The translations under genes were made by a program, and so were the position numbers. A stretch of 64,000 nucleotides of DNA from Phoronis australis (lineage: Eukaryota > Animalia > Phoronida). The notes beneath the pieces were generated by a model that did not search any database, was not told the DNA's origin, and saw nothing but the letters and a program-made list of their open reading frames with translations. Positions 42,851 through 55,440 of the stretch are shown one piece after another (the stretch's first letter is position 1; every line of letters begins with the position of its first letter). The stretch covers positions 372,001-436,000 of the forward strand of contig NMRA01000147.1 of assembly GCA_002633005.1 (NCBI GenBank), given 5' to 3'.

Positions 42851-44067
42851 AACCTTATCGTGTTTCTCAGTCAGTATATGTGTTACTGAACAAGTGTTGT
42901 AAATGCCGACTCAGATCAATCCCGGAAACCGGGAATCTAAGCTGGACCAGCCTGTACAGTTTTACTTGTATAAAAAGTGACTTAAAATGGTTATATTGGA
43001 GATTTTGACACACGAGTGTGACTGTGGCCACTTGGACTTCGACTTCAAAGTCCAGTCTTATCACCTAACTACTTTGAAAACAAGTCGGATTGAGAATGAG
43101 GCTATCAATATATGGTAATAACTTCAATGTGAGTTCACTAGTTATACTTCACTGAGTCCGAATGTTAGCGTTAGCCAGACGGAACATACCAGTGACAGCA
43201 AATGTTTAGACTTGACCAGGCGAATACATGTTGTTGGTCACTTTATACTAGGGAAAAATGGGAAACGAACGACAGGACAAGGACATGGTCGAATAACATT
43301 GATGAATGTAACAACTGATTAACATGCATACTATTCAGTGGATTAGAAAGTGGCCACCATCTTTAGCTGGCCCCAATAGAGACAGCGAAGCTCCTCTAGG
43401 AGTTTCATACATTGACCGATTTTCGGTGAATTATGCCTCACACTGATTAAAACATCAAAGTCATACGCATAGAAGAACACCTTAGATGCCCATTGATATC
43501 TTTAATTTCTTTTAACCCCAACAAATACTTCCATAATCAAACTTTTTCTTCGATCAGTCCTTCGTTCAGTTGCCCAAAGTGTCAATTTTACAGTGCGCAT
43601 CCTCGTATTTTTACCGGGCTCGCCAGTGTTAGGCATAATTCGCCTTAATCTTCCATATGTTGCTATCAGTGGATGAAACTTGTTATCCATGTCAAGGACC
43701 ATTATATCCAAGTAGAGTCCTAATTTATAATTCTGTACGGTAACTATAGAATTTCTGCAAAAGCTTTATAAAGCATATTTCCCATTTGCAGTACTAAAAT
43801 TGATCAGTGATTAAGATTTTACAGCCGTAAGTCAACTCACTTGAACACAGATAATTCTAGGTGGCACGTCGGTCATGTTAGTAAAAATTGAAAGCCTTTG
43901 CTATTTATATTTTATTTCAGATGATGAACTGTAATACTCCACTGAAAAAGGCAAGGTCAAAGACATGGCAAACTGTTATGTTCTGACTCTCATGCACACA
44001 AAGTTAAAAAATGTTGCATTAAAGCAAACGTACTTGGATTTCTTTGCACTCGTTTACATTCAATTCA

Positions 44068-44800
44068 ACAAGAGCAACGCGGAGCGTTGAAATGCGCCCA
44101 CAATTGCACCGCATACGGTATCCTTCTAGGGTTGTTTATTGGTACCATAAAGTGGCCAGTAGAGGGCATACTTTGCAAAATGGAAAGGCATGGTCATTGT
44201 CTCCTCAATAGGCTAGGGGCAAAATGTGAGTAATCTTCATAATACAAGCACATCCTATACACCAGTTGCTTAAAGCACCACAGAAACATAGAATTAAAAA
44301 CAAATTTACCAACATACGAGATTAGCACAGCATTAGAATGCCAGAAACAAATTTCTACTTGGGAACTTTTCCTTCACAGTCACGAAGTAACACAAAGTAT
44401 ACACCTGAAGACCTATGAAAATACAGAGGTCAATGTAAAATAGTAAAATTGCCACTAGAGGCAAATACTAAAATTGGCACTAGAGGCATACCGGTAATCA
44501 GAATCATCCTAAAGTCGTCATCGTCCGTTGTCAACATCACATAAATACACTTGCTAAATTTAGTAAAGATCCTGCGAACAGGATACAGCCATGGGTGCAA
44601 AAAAACAAAACTGCCACTAGGAGGCGCCACAGAAGTCCAAATCGTCTGAAAATCATTGTCAGCTGTCTTCCTTATAGTAAGCACATACACGCCAATTTTC
44701 ACAATCATCCTTTGAGCGGTTTGGTTGAAAGAGGGGTGGACGCAAAAATACAGACTCGAAAACAGTAAAAATGGCCACTAGGTGGCGCAAACTACGTTGA
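44068..44800 (+). repeat. Dispersed non-autonomous repeat (AACAAGAG start, repeated ccactag.ggc units), related copy at ~59500-59705
   Basis: 44640-44780 aligns by eye with 59565-59705 (ctgaaaat...atcctttgagc...tggacgc...aaaacagt.aa.atggccact). Confidence 0.55.
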
Positions 44801-44806
44801 ATCCAA

Positions 44807-44884
44807 GAGGGCCCTCTTGGAAAGCAGTGCTGTCACTGAAGAGGCCACCCTCATTTTAAATATCACAATAATAAATAAATAAAA
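44807..44884 (+). mobile_element. Short retroposon 3' end with (TAAA)n tail
   Basis: gagggccctcttggaaag...cactgaagaggccaccctcatt.taaatatcacaataataaataaataaa is the reverse complement of the left end of the 35473 insertion. Confidence 0.75.
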
Positions 44885-45837
44885 TTACTCTCATCTCCAA
44901 TAAGATTGTATCTACCATGACTAGTCTGTGCTGTTAAAAAATAAAAGTTAAGTTATAACATATTTGAACATAAACCAATAGCATTTCTGAAATCTTCGTC
45001 AAATGGTGATCATGTTTAGTTTTTGAATCACCAAAATCACCCAACTGCAACCGAAGTTACGACAATCTATTTTTTTGACTGTTCACACGTGGTCTGTAAT
45101 AAGCCTGGTAGATAAGTGGCCTGCATGTTCTCATAACAGACAAAAGAGTGTGCTTGGCAGTTAACAAAGAAGCTAGATGTTGTCACACGCTCAGAACCCT
45201 CTACATCTGGTAAAGTCACTGAACGGGAAAACGCTGTCATGCGTTGTGAATTCTTAACGTTGCTCAAGGGCCTCTAGGCTGACCACTCGCCTACAAACTA
45301 GGTGTGTGCAAAATTGAACCATTGACCTATTTACGGAAATAGAAAGTCTAGCATAGATTTATGATATTACTTGTCATCCAATTCAGAATACAGAAAGTGT
45401 CACAAAGGCAATCCTCTGCTTTGTAAGTTGGGAGTTGGTTTTGGATAAACGCCATCAGTTTACTTGCGGCTATCAAGCTGAACTTCTCTGAATACTTGCT
45501 ACTAAAATGAAATACTTTCTGCAGTTTGTTGATCTACGTCTACTGGTGGGCTGCTTTGGATGGCTATCTGACAATCCTTTGTGTACATGATGTCTTGTGC
45601 TATCCGTAACAAAGTCAGCAATATTCACTCAAAGGGGTGCTGCATTTTGAGAATCAGTTTGACACCCGTTATTCATTAGAGAAAACTGTGGTTCTTAAAA
45701 TTCGGGACCTCTGACTTTTACCCAAAAGTCTACACTGAATCTAAAATGCCTGTCCCAACTAGGACGGTGCATTATGATAGCTGTACTTTCCGAGAATTAT
45801 GGTGTCCATCCCCTCCAGTTTTGTTTTCCTATTTTAG

Positions 45838-45944
45838 GCCATAAAAGCAGCGCCCCCTGGTAAGAAGTATGTGAGATGTCCATGCAATTGTCTGCTTGTC
45901 TGTAAGGCCACGTCCCAAAAGATAGCTTGCCCGAGACCCAACTG
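45838..45944 (+). CDS. TMEM55: TMEM55 exon ([15 protein letters not shown]...CPRPNC)
   Basis: attttag|GCC ATA AAA...AAC TG|gtgagt. Confidence 0.93.
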
Positions 45945-48900
45945 GTGAGTGTGCATGTTCACTGTTTACTATGTTGTTTTAGTGTTTGTGGATACCATTT
46001 GCTGTGTCATAAGCAGTTAACCAGTTATAGAAACTTCTTTATGTATCACATGCAGCAGAGTTTTATATCATTATTTTCCTGTTTAGGCAATTTTTCACTA
46101 TGTCCTGTTTATCGCAAAGTATTGCAGGTTACTGAAATTTCATTTTGTATGCCCACACTACATATTGTTGTCAGTCTGTGTGGGCGTCTCAGGTCTGCTG
46201 CTGTATTTCCTGAAGCTTTTGCAGAATCTTATTATTAATAAGATTTGGTAGATGACGACACATTTAGGGCTTGTCGGACTACAGCTGTGCCTCCTAGTGG
46301 CACTTTTAGTAATGGAGTTTCATGGAATTTGGTAAATTGGTCTCTATTTTGAAGACGACGATGCCTTCCCATTTTCGGACGGATTTGATGTATTTTACAC
46401 CTAGTAGCTATTTTTATTGTCAATTCATCAATGTCTTCAAGCATGTAAGTAGCTGAATTAAACCCCCAACACTACATTGTAAGCAGTAAAACATAAACTT
46501 GTTAGGATGAGCGAAGTTTGAATGTTGTAATTACAGCAAGCGTATCATAAACCTTGGGCCCTCAGCTGTGACTGTGACTGTTAGGACCTCTAACACCAGA
46601 CGGGTGGCATGCGGCCATTGTCAGGAGACATTCCTGGTTAGTATATGTTAAGTGCATTCTACCCTGTTTATCTGGCTAAAAAATCAGAATTAATTAAGAC
46701 ATTAATTTACTTTCACAAAATTGGTCCCTCAATTATCTACTCTAATTCGCAGTTTTAGGTTTGGCCAACACCCATTAAACTCTCAAGCATTTGCCCAACT
46801 GAAGCGTTTTCATGAGTCACTTGACGGTTTCGATGTTCTTGTGTTCCTGATGGTTTCAATGTTCTTGTTGGTAACAGAAATAGATTTCTACCACGCTAAA
46901 GATTATAGGATCGATTGTACTAGGGAGAGACTCAATTCAATTTTTGTTTTTTAGCCAGATAAATGGCAAAATGCAGCTTAAAATGAAAATAATGAAGTTT
47001 CTGTGTTTTAGTGCTTTAGTGAGCAACTAGGTGGCGCTAGAGTGTGACAACATTCTTGCTTTGAGAACTGTATGTTGTACATAGTCAAATTGGACTGTTA
47101 GCCGACGGTAATTCTTCACATATAAGCGACGTGAAATTCTATGATGTCAAAATGTTCCACAAAAATAAAGATTAAGAAATTTTTAATCTATCACTAGCAT
47201 AGCTTTTAGTGAGTAGATGTCATAAAACAAAAGTTCCATCATTTACAGTTAAAGTAGTCCACCTTTAAAAATGTAATGCTGACAATTTTGGAAATTATTT
47301 TTGTGCGCAATAAATGGAGCATGACCATACTGATTCTGATGAACCGCTCTCTGCTCACGATCTATTCAGGTGTTGAAGACAGGAGCCTTTATTCATTAGC
47401 GCCACCTGGTTGATATAAAGTCTCGCATTCACCCTGTAACTTGCCTTTGCTTGTTCATTGTCAATGCTGAAATTGTACTTCTGAATCAATATGATTCCTT
47501 GGTACGTTTGTTTCAAGAAAGGGGACTTTATTTACTTGTAATGGTTTACATAGATTTACTGTAAGCTGCTGTTAATCCTAGTTTAAAAAAAGAACATGAT
47601 CTCAACTGCTTACCATAAATGGTCTCAAACTTTTCTAACCCAGAAGTGATTTCTTGACTTAAATACAGTTTGTTATTGCTTGAGACGAGGATCAATGTTG
47701 GCTTTGCAAACAATTAAGTCCCGTCAGCACGCCATCTGTTGGCCACATCACATGACCTAATGAATATATGTCTGACTGGACTTAAATGTTTGCAACATAT
47801 TTCCCACGCCATATTGAGACTGACAATACTATGTGAGCTTTACCATGTTGGTTATTTGTTTGGTTTCAAACATTATTACATGGCAAAATGTTTATCTGTT
47901 ATGAACTCCAGATTTTTTGTTTTGTTTTGTTTTGTTTTGTTTTGTTTTGTTTTGTTTTGTTTTGTTTGTATAATTAGGCACGTTGTAGGTTGTAATTTTC
48001 ATGGAAGGTGGTCTAAGAGAAATGTTTTTGATTTTTTTGTATGGTAGGTTTCTAGCTGCTTTAAAAGATAAATATTTTTGTCATTTTGTAACTTGTATTG
48101 TCTATTTTACGCATTCTATAATTGGACGCATTAAACTTTATTTTCTCCATGGTTTAATCATTTCCTCTGTTTCTCTGTTTTCAGTTCAACCAAGCAACCA
48201 CCGCGTTGGCCAGGTGCCCCCATTGCCATAATGTGTAAGTAAGGGGGTATTTATTGTCTCTGTCAGACTCGAGTTCACCATTTCATTGTTCAGTACACTC
48301 AACATGGATTGGGGTGTGCTAGCTGGTATGAGTTGAGAAGGAATGCAATTTCTGTCATTCATGGCCAGACATTTGGATTGGTTATTTATGTGTGAAATTT
48401 TTGAATGTGTTACTTTACAACAGTGTCAGTTTGATGACATAATGGTCCCTAAGAATTTATAATGACGCGTTTGGAAATAGCCCGCTGGTCCTTATAGACA
48501 GTTTATATGTTCTGAAAGAAGAAAGCCATACAATTTTATTTTTAACTTTTTAACAATCTGTCATGAATTGGGTCATGTGACAATGTCTTTTTGGTAAACT
48601 TCAATTACCAAAAAAGAATTTAAAGTAGATTGGTAGCTAAACAATGGTATCAATAATGTGACCAAATTTCATTTGATACAAATATATTCCTTTTTTCAAT
48701 TATTTTGAAAATCATGAAAGTCCTATGTTTTGAGGGTCCTACATAACCTTGGATGGATACAAGAGTGTTGTCCACCATTTAGGCTTTTGCCATCTAGTGG
48801 CACGGTGTATATCATGCTGCCGCTATATCAGAAAGTATCTTAGTTGTGTAATATTTATGAGCAGAGCCATTTCTCCAACCGATCGTTTAAAGTTCAGGTA

Positions 48901-51134
48901 ATTAGTGGAAAACAGTTATGGTGACATTCGTCAAACACGCAATACATTATGGTATGACCACTTAGTAATCAATGGTATGACCATTTGGTAATTGACTGTT
49001 TGACTGTTTAGATCATTTGATGGAAAGAGCTGTGTTCTCAGTGCATGCGTATCCCCAATTAGCTCATTTATTATGACTGCTTTACCTTTAGGTCATCTGT
49101 TGGGAAGAACTATGCTCACACCAGGGCATGTATATTCATGACTGTTGGAATCATCCTCCTGTTGGCTGGAATCGGCGTCACTGTAAGTGACTTCCAAATT
49201 CAATACAGTACAATATATGAGCTGTGATTGTTTCATTTCAAAGTACAGTGTGTTGTTATAAACGATGGCTCATGAGCAGAATATGAAATTTTGATTTACT
49301 ACGGTAAACTTCTCCAGTTTGGGACGAAAAAATATCCGTAGATAAGTCCACCCGATGAAACGTCCATGGGCATTTATTTGGGAAATTATGCCAAATAAAT
49401 GCCCATGGGCGTTTAGTTGGTGTTACAACTTCTGGTGTCAAGTGTCCAGATAGTGGGGATTTATTTGGAAAATTTCCTCTTAAAAGCCCACTCAGCATCA
49501 AGATTTTGTCACAAATTCAGTTTTTTGGAGCCTTTATCATTTACAAAAACAAACAATGAGTTGGCAAAATATGCATTTAAATATTAAACATGATACTTGA
49601 AAACACAGTTTTAAGTAAAAAATGTCAAAAGTCAGCAAAACTATGACTTTCCGTTTACGTGCCTCCTTTTCCGAACAGATACCCGGGCGTTTATTTGATG
49701 TTACTAAAACGCCTGAAAATTCTCATTTTTCGTATACACGCCCATGGGATTATTTACGGTAAGTCCCAGTAATGAAAAAATCTACTGTTGGTTAAATTTA
49801 AATGCAGTGTCCAAGAACAAAAGTGAGCAAGATTTATCAAGTGCGGTGCTATGAATCGCATGAACTTTCAGAACTTCCGGTATATTATTAAACCATCCAT
49901 GTTGTCCACTTTTTCAGGTCGGCACTTGGGAACTGGCTGAGAGTAGTGGGGGTATATATGTGGTATGGATTGGTAAGTGTACTTTGGTATGTCAACAACA
50001 GGCTGTCTATTATAGAGAGGGTGTTATTATTGACTGGTCTGTGATCACAGTATGACTGGTCTGTGATCACAGTATGACTGGTCTGTGATCACAGTATGAC
50101 TGGTCTGTGATCACAGTATGACTGGTCTGTGATCACAGTATGACTGGTCTGTGATCACAGTATGACTGGTCTGTGATCACAGTATGATTCTTGAGAGAGC
50201 TAATTAATAAAAGATGAGATAGTCATTTTCCTGCATATCGATATTGTCATGTTGCAGACCCTACTTTAGTGTAGGCCCTGATGGTTTATTTATTTAATAC
50301 CTATTAAATCATTGAAATGAACATGTTATCTTTACCAGCTCAGATTATCTCTTGGCCTGTTTTCAATGGAAAGTAATTTCTAGCAAGCAGACGTTTGAGA
50401 CCAATTTGTTTCAATTAAAGAACATTCCGGATTTGCAAAGAACTAACAGTTTGTTATTCCTTGAGACTGTGCTTAGTACATAAAATGACATGCCGTGGCG
50501 AACTGACATGTAGGTTAAGGTGTCAAGCAATGGTAAACTGCCAGTTCTTTCGAAGCCCTAGAACCACCTGAAATTTTAGACCAATTTCGTAACAGTAAGT
50601 GGTCTGAATCAAACTTTTGTAATGGAAGATGGATTTATTGCATTTTAAACGAGCCATGTCATGATTTCCACATTTAGACCATTTAGGTAAGAAGAATTTG
50701 TCGTAAATGGCGATTACTTCTTCAGTGAAAAAGTGGCTGTAAATGTGGATGACATTTTTAGTGAGAACAATGCAAATGGGAATGACCTCTTCAATATGTG
50801 AGAGCACTGTAAATAATGATGACCTCTTCAGTGAGAACACTGTCAGGGGGAATGACCTCTTCAGTGAGATTACTGTCGGTGGGAATGACTTCTTCAGTGA
50901 GAACAATGCTTCCCAAGAAAATTCTCTTTATTGTAATTATTAACTTGCTTCTGTAGAAGGAATCTTGTGGTTTTGTTTGGACTAAACGTATTTTCTATGC
51001 AACTTTGAATAAGTGATATTTTCATGAATAACTTTTTCTCAATTTCAGGGGCTTTTGTCATTGGCATTCTCAACCTACTGAGAGGAATTTACTACTGTTG
51101 CATCAAAATCAGCACTCCTCTGGAGACAGCATAA
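45838..51134 (+). CDS. TMEM55: TMEM55/PIP4P-family lysosomal membrane protein (5' coding exons not identified)
   Basis: Phase-consistent exons 45838-45944, 46537-46636, 48185-48234, 49092-49182, 49918-49972, 51049-51134 give [43 protein letters not shown]...[32 protein letters not shown]...two TM helices...PLETA*. Confidence 0.93.
46537..46636 (+). CDS. TMEM55: TMEM55 exon (KRIINLG...CGHCQETFL)
   Basis: ttacag|C AAG CGT...TTC CTG|gttagt. Confidence 0.92.
47915..47968. repeat. (TTTTG)n microsatellite
   Basis: About 10 tandem ttttg units. Confidence 0.9.
48185..48234 (+). CDS. TMEM55: TMEM55 exon ([17 protein letters not shown])
   Basis: ttttcag|TTC AAC...AAT GT|gtaagt. Confidence 0.92.
49092..49182 (+). 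CDS. TMEM55: TMEM55 exon (SSVG...TM1)
   Basis: ctttag|G TCA TCT GTT GGG...GTC ACT|gtaagt. Confidence 0.92.
49300..49761. mobile_element. Possible Tc1/pogo-type MITE
   Basis: Ends tacggtaaa...tttacggta (near TACCGTAAA TIR) with internal repeated cccatggg..tttattt motifs. Confidence 0.45.
49918..49972 (+). CDS. TMEM55: TMEM55 exon ([19 protein letters not shown])
   Basis: tttcag|GTC GGC...ATT G|gtaagt. Confidence 0.9.
50031..50187. repeat. 22-bp perfect minisatellite (TGACTGGTCTGTGATCACAGTA) x7
   Basis: Seven identical tandem copies with no spacers. Confidence 0.97.
50711..50910. repeat. Degenerate ~33-bp minisatellite (aatgacctcttcagtgagaacactgt...)
   Basis: About six diverged copies. Confidence 0.75.
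51049..51134 (+). CDS. TMEM55: TMEM55 last coding exon (TM2, stop)
   Basis: tttcag|GG GCT TTT...ACA GCA TAA; AATAAA candidates at ~51608, ~53086 and ~53590. Confidence 0.92.
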
Positions 51135-53383
51135 TCCTGAAGCCATTTTGTTATTTGTCTGGTCTTAACGTTGTCCAAAATTGTTTAGACCATGCAGTCT
51201 GTCCTAATTTACGTCTGTCATAGTTTTATCACGAGGGAAATTTTGATCTTATTTCGTCCACGAACTACAATGACATAGTGAATTTTTCTTGTACTCTTGT
51301 TGAATGGTTTGGCAGTATAAGGAAAGCAAATGTCTTCAAAATTTAGACCAAAATTTCTTCTGAATGAGTTGTTTTTATATTGGTATACCGGTAACATTAA
51401 AGTTCAGAGCAGCTGAGTGATCTAGCAACAATTTTATGTAACTGAACTTCTACTCAAGTCCTGCTTGCAAATTTTTCACTTGTTGTGTCCAGTGAATATA
51501 AACATTGAAGATGACGACAAACAGTGAAACTATAAATATCTCTTATATTAATCATTTATATTTTTAAAAACCATTTCTTGGTGCTGTATGGCTACTGAAA
51601 CTTGTAAAATAAATTTGACTTATCTTCCACTTTTACCAGTGAGCTGAATGTATGTCACTTGCAGACATGTCAGACGAATGAGTCAGTGCCAGTGGGAACA
51701 TTTTAAATGGATATGCACAGTTTGTGAATGAAACAACTTGGTTATCACAATATTCCGACAAGGATGAAGATCACGAACGCAATCAGAGGATCTACTGATC
51801 CACTATCGAAAAATACAATTTATTGTCAACCACGGTCAGCTAACACCTTGTTGGGTTCTTGTTACATAATTGCATCGCTTGGTCAATTTTCCACGTGGTT
51901 TGGAGCTTCCACGTACATTCCGAATGTCATTAAACAGTATACTTAAAAGGATACTAAACCCTATTTTAATAATTTCATCCAATCCTTGTTCTGTCACCCG
52001 GTAATGCATCATTGGTGTCAATCTTGAAAAATAAAAGCAGGAATCAATTAAAAAGTTACAGATTGGATATTTTAGTTCTTGCTGGGTGGTCATTACCCGC
52101 AGTTGCCGTGTAATTCGCTAAAAGCCATTGTTTAAAAGTTTTAAAATTTTACGGCAAACGTTTTAGGATTGTCGAGGGTTCCATAGCATTATTTTGTTTC
52201 AGAGAATTGGGTGGGAAAGTCATTTTTGATATCTGTTAATAGGCCAATACCAGGTTTGGTATCCCTTTAAACATTTTTGTGCATCAAGTGTTGTCTATGT
52301 GTGCGCAATTTCTAGTTTAAAGACCATCTTGCGGGTATCGTACCAGTTCATATTTGGACCTTAAAATTTTCTCTGGGAAGTAACACTGAAAACAACTGGA
52401 AGTGAAGGCCAGCAGTTTTTTAACCACAATTCCAAACGGAAAGCGGAATAATGAAGCTGTTGGAAATAGATCAAAATGGGTACAGTGACTATCTATGATC
52501 GAATATCATTGAGGTATTCACTGTTTCTGGGGTTTGTTAGCCTTTGTAGTGAAATGATTTTCTATTACACAGTATATCTCGTGTAATCCGTTACGGCAAA
52601 AACGTTCATTTTGGGATTTTTGTGGCTTTTCATTTTGTGTATGAAATTTATTTCGGTAGTTACCATTTTACGTTTTCATAAGTTGCTGTGTATCACAGTT
52701 AGCAAAAAATAACCAAGTTGCCAACTATTATTCACACTCGCATTTATTTCAAATGTTACCTACCCAGTTTTTTTCTTCATCCAGTATTTTGAATAAGAAA
52801 ATTTTAGTTAATCATTAGCTTGGCGGTCACAGAACATTTGACAAAGTATTCCATTTATTTGCAAAACGGCAGTCAGCTTTGAAAGGGGAAAATGCCTATT
52901 TGACTCATTTATGAGAATAAGTGCTTTGATTGTTTTGTTCTCGTTAAATTTGCTGAAGCGTCAGCTATTGTATGTGTTGCATTGAATTATTGGTTTATTT
53001 TAGTTGTGATCATAGCTATTGTGTATGATATAGAGGTACATTTTATTACTGTGTTCTCACTAACCAATTTTACATGTTAACCCAGAATAAAAAGTGCAAT
53101 CTTGTGAACATTGTTTCAAATGAAGGCATTGTGAAATGTGCATTGCATCTGCTTCAGTAGGAAATGTTTGTGAATTTTAATCTTTGCATTAAAACGTGCT
53201 GAGTTATTCAAAACCTACGTTCAGACTCATTTCCGTTAGGTATTGTTTCAAGAAAACATATTGTTTTCGTACATACTGAATATATTAATATATATTATGC
53301 AAACATTTCTCCTGTCTTGTTTAATTTGTGTAATTAGTGGTTACTGATTAATATGTAAATCTCAATATGTTGTGGAAAATATG

Positions 53384-53504
53384 TTGTAAACATTCAAGTT
53401 GTGTCTGCATGCCATCTGTTGGCCACATCACTTGACCCAATGAGTCATTAGGTCACGTGATGTGGCCAACAGATGGCGTGTAGACACAACTTAAATGTTT
53501 GCAA
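53384..53504. mobile_element. 121-bp near-perfect palindrome (hairpin MITE-like); partial relative at ~47728-47820
   Basis: 60-bp arms centred on aatgaGtcatt (53444). Confidence 0.85.
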
Positions 53505-54948
53505 GCACTAACTTGTATTGTGTGGTTATCTTGCTCAAATCAATTTGCTGAGTTAGTGTCACGACAGTTTGACGTTTTGGACCAAGTCAAATAAAATTAA
53601 AATGACAAAATTAATAGTTAAGACAGATTCAAGTAGCACTGAAAATTACGTTTCAATTTGAAATTATCTGGCTATGAACCTGTTAAATTTTTAATTCTTC
53701 TCGACTCTGGGAGCATACAATGCCTGCAACCGTTGTCAGACAATCCAAATGTGAAATTTGATAAAAAAAATCAAATTCTAAATTGCCACTGTGGTTACCT
53801 GAATCGGAAAAAATCCCAAGACTTCCAAAATTGTAAATGTGATAAAGGATTTCTAACAAATATTTGTGGGTCCAAATCACACCATAATAGTGGCAGATAC
53901 ATTAATACTAAGCAAATGAATATTAGTTGAATGGCATTACAATGTCCCCTCCTACGATGTTTCTATGTTCCTTTGAAACCAAAGTTTGTTTTAACAAATC
54001 GAAGCTTGTTGGGACTTGCAGAATGCAACAAAACCATGGTAACGTGATCAGCGCACTTCACACACGTAGTTTACACTTAATTATAAAATAGTTGAAGAAG
54101 ATTGCCAAAACGCTTCGATAATGGTTAATGATGACAGGTGGCTACTAGAGCACAAATCTTTTAGTTTTCGGCACTTTGAGAAGTAAACAACTTGTCCCAT
54201 TGGAGCACATCGAGTATTTCAGTAACCTCACATTTCCCCTCAAAAGTGATATTTAACGGTGTGTGGAAGAAATTAAGTCTTGTGGCCAATCATTCTCCCA
54301 ATTGAAAGTGAAGTGACCTATGGCATGGCTGAAGTTTGCGGCACATAACCAGATTGTGTTCTCAGAGAAGAATTACAGAAAGGCTACAAAAATTCTCGAG
54401 GTGTTTCGGATACAGATATATTATGTCTGAATTGGCAAATACTTTCGTAATTCATCATTTTTGCAATGCCCAATACGTTTGTAAATGCCCGAATCACCTT
54501 TTTTTATCAGTCTCGATTCTCCCAATCAAGCGCGTGACAAAAGCAGTGTTTATCATTTCATCGTTAAACAACAATGGAGGATATGTCTGTCTAAAACAAT
54601 AGCAACGTGAGTCGAGAATGAACTAGTAAGACGAATGTAAGTATCGGCATATGCATAGAACTGTTTGCTAGACTAGGGCCCGAGCCTGCTGCGTTTGCGC
54701 AATGCAGCTGCGCAACTTCAGCAAGTAAACGTGAAAGAAAACCTGGATAGATGGCAAATATCCTTTTGTTTTTATTAGTTTCTGTAGTCCGGGAAAAACG
54801 ATTGCAGAAATTAGGAATAATTACCGGCCATAATACAGAAAACAATTTTAGCAAGTTGGTGCCACTGCTTCTCGACAGTACAAAACTTCCAGGAACCCTT
54901 ATGGGAACCCTTGGTCAAAGTGAAAATCTGAAATTTTTAATTTGAAAC

Positions 54949-54954
54949 TTTATT
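54949..54954 (-). terminator. Candidate polyadenylation signal of the minus-strand gene
   Basis: AATAAA on the minus strand ~490 nt past the stop at 55441. Confidence 0.4.
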
Positions 54955-55440
54955 GAAAATGTATAAACTAAACTGCCTACAGAATTAACTAGCGGGACTC
55001 TTAATCCTAAACTTTGAACGACCAACATTTTTACAAAAACAGAGCAACAAAACAGTCCAAATGTGCACTGGCAATTACATGTAATAGAATCTCGAGTAGC
55101 ACAGTCTCCTTTTCAACAATTTATCCAAGTGGCTGCTCTTAGTTCCTTAAATGGAATGTAGAAGCAGCATATGGCAACACTGAGCATAGCTTAATCAATC
55201 AACGGCAGTTGATCATAGCGATGAGCCTGTAGTCTCGTACTACAATTATAACGTTCACAATAAAATCGAGATCGGAATGAAAAGATTTACAGAGTTAAAC
55301 TGAAACACGGGATGTGGCATATGAACAACAACTGGAAAATATGGTACGGCAAAAATGGGCGATACAGGCATTGTGACGGCGAGTACTGGAGCACTGGATC
55401 TTGAGAGGACACCAGGATCTACTGAGTGGAGCGATCCTAG

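Noticed and set aside
50031-50187. CRISPR-like palindromic repeat array
   Set aside because: Units are contiguous and identical with no spacers.
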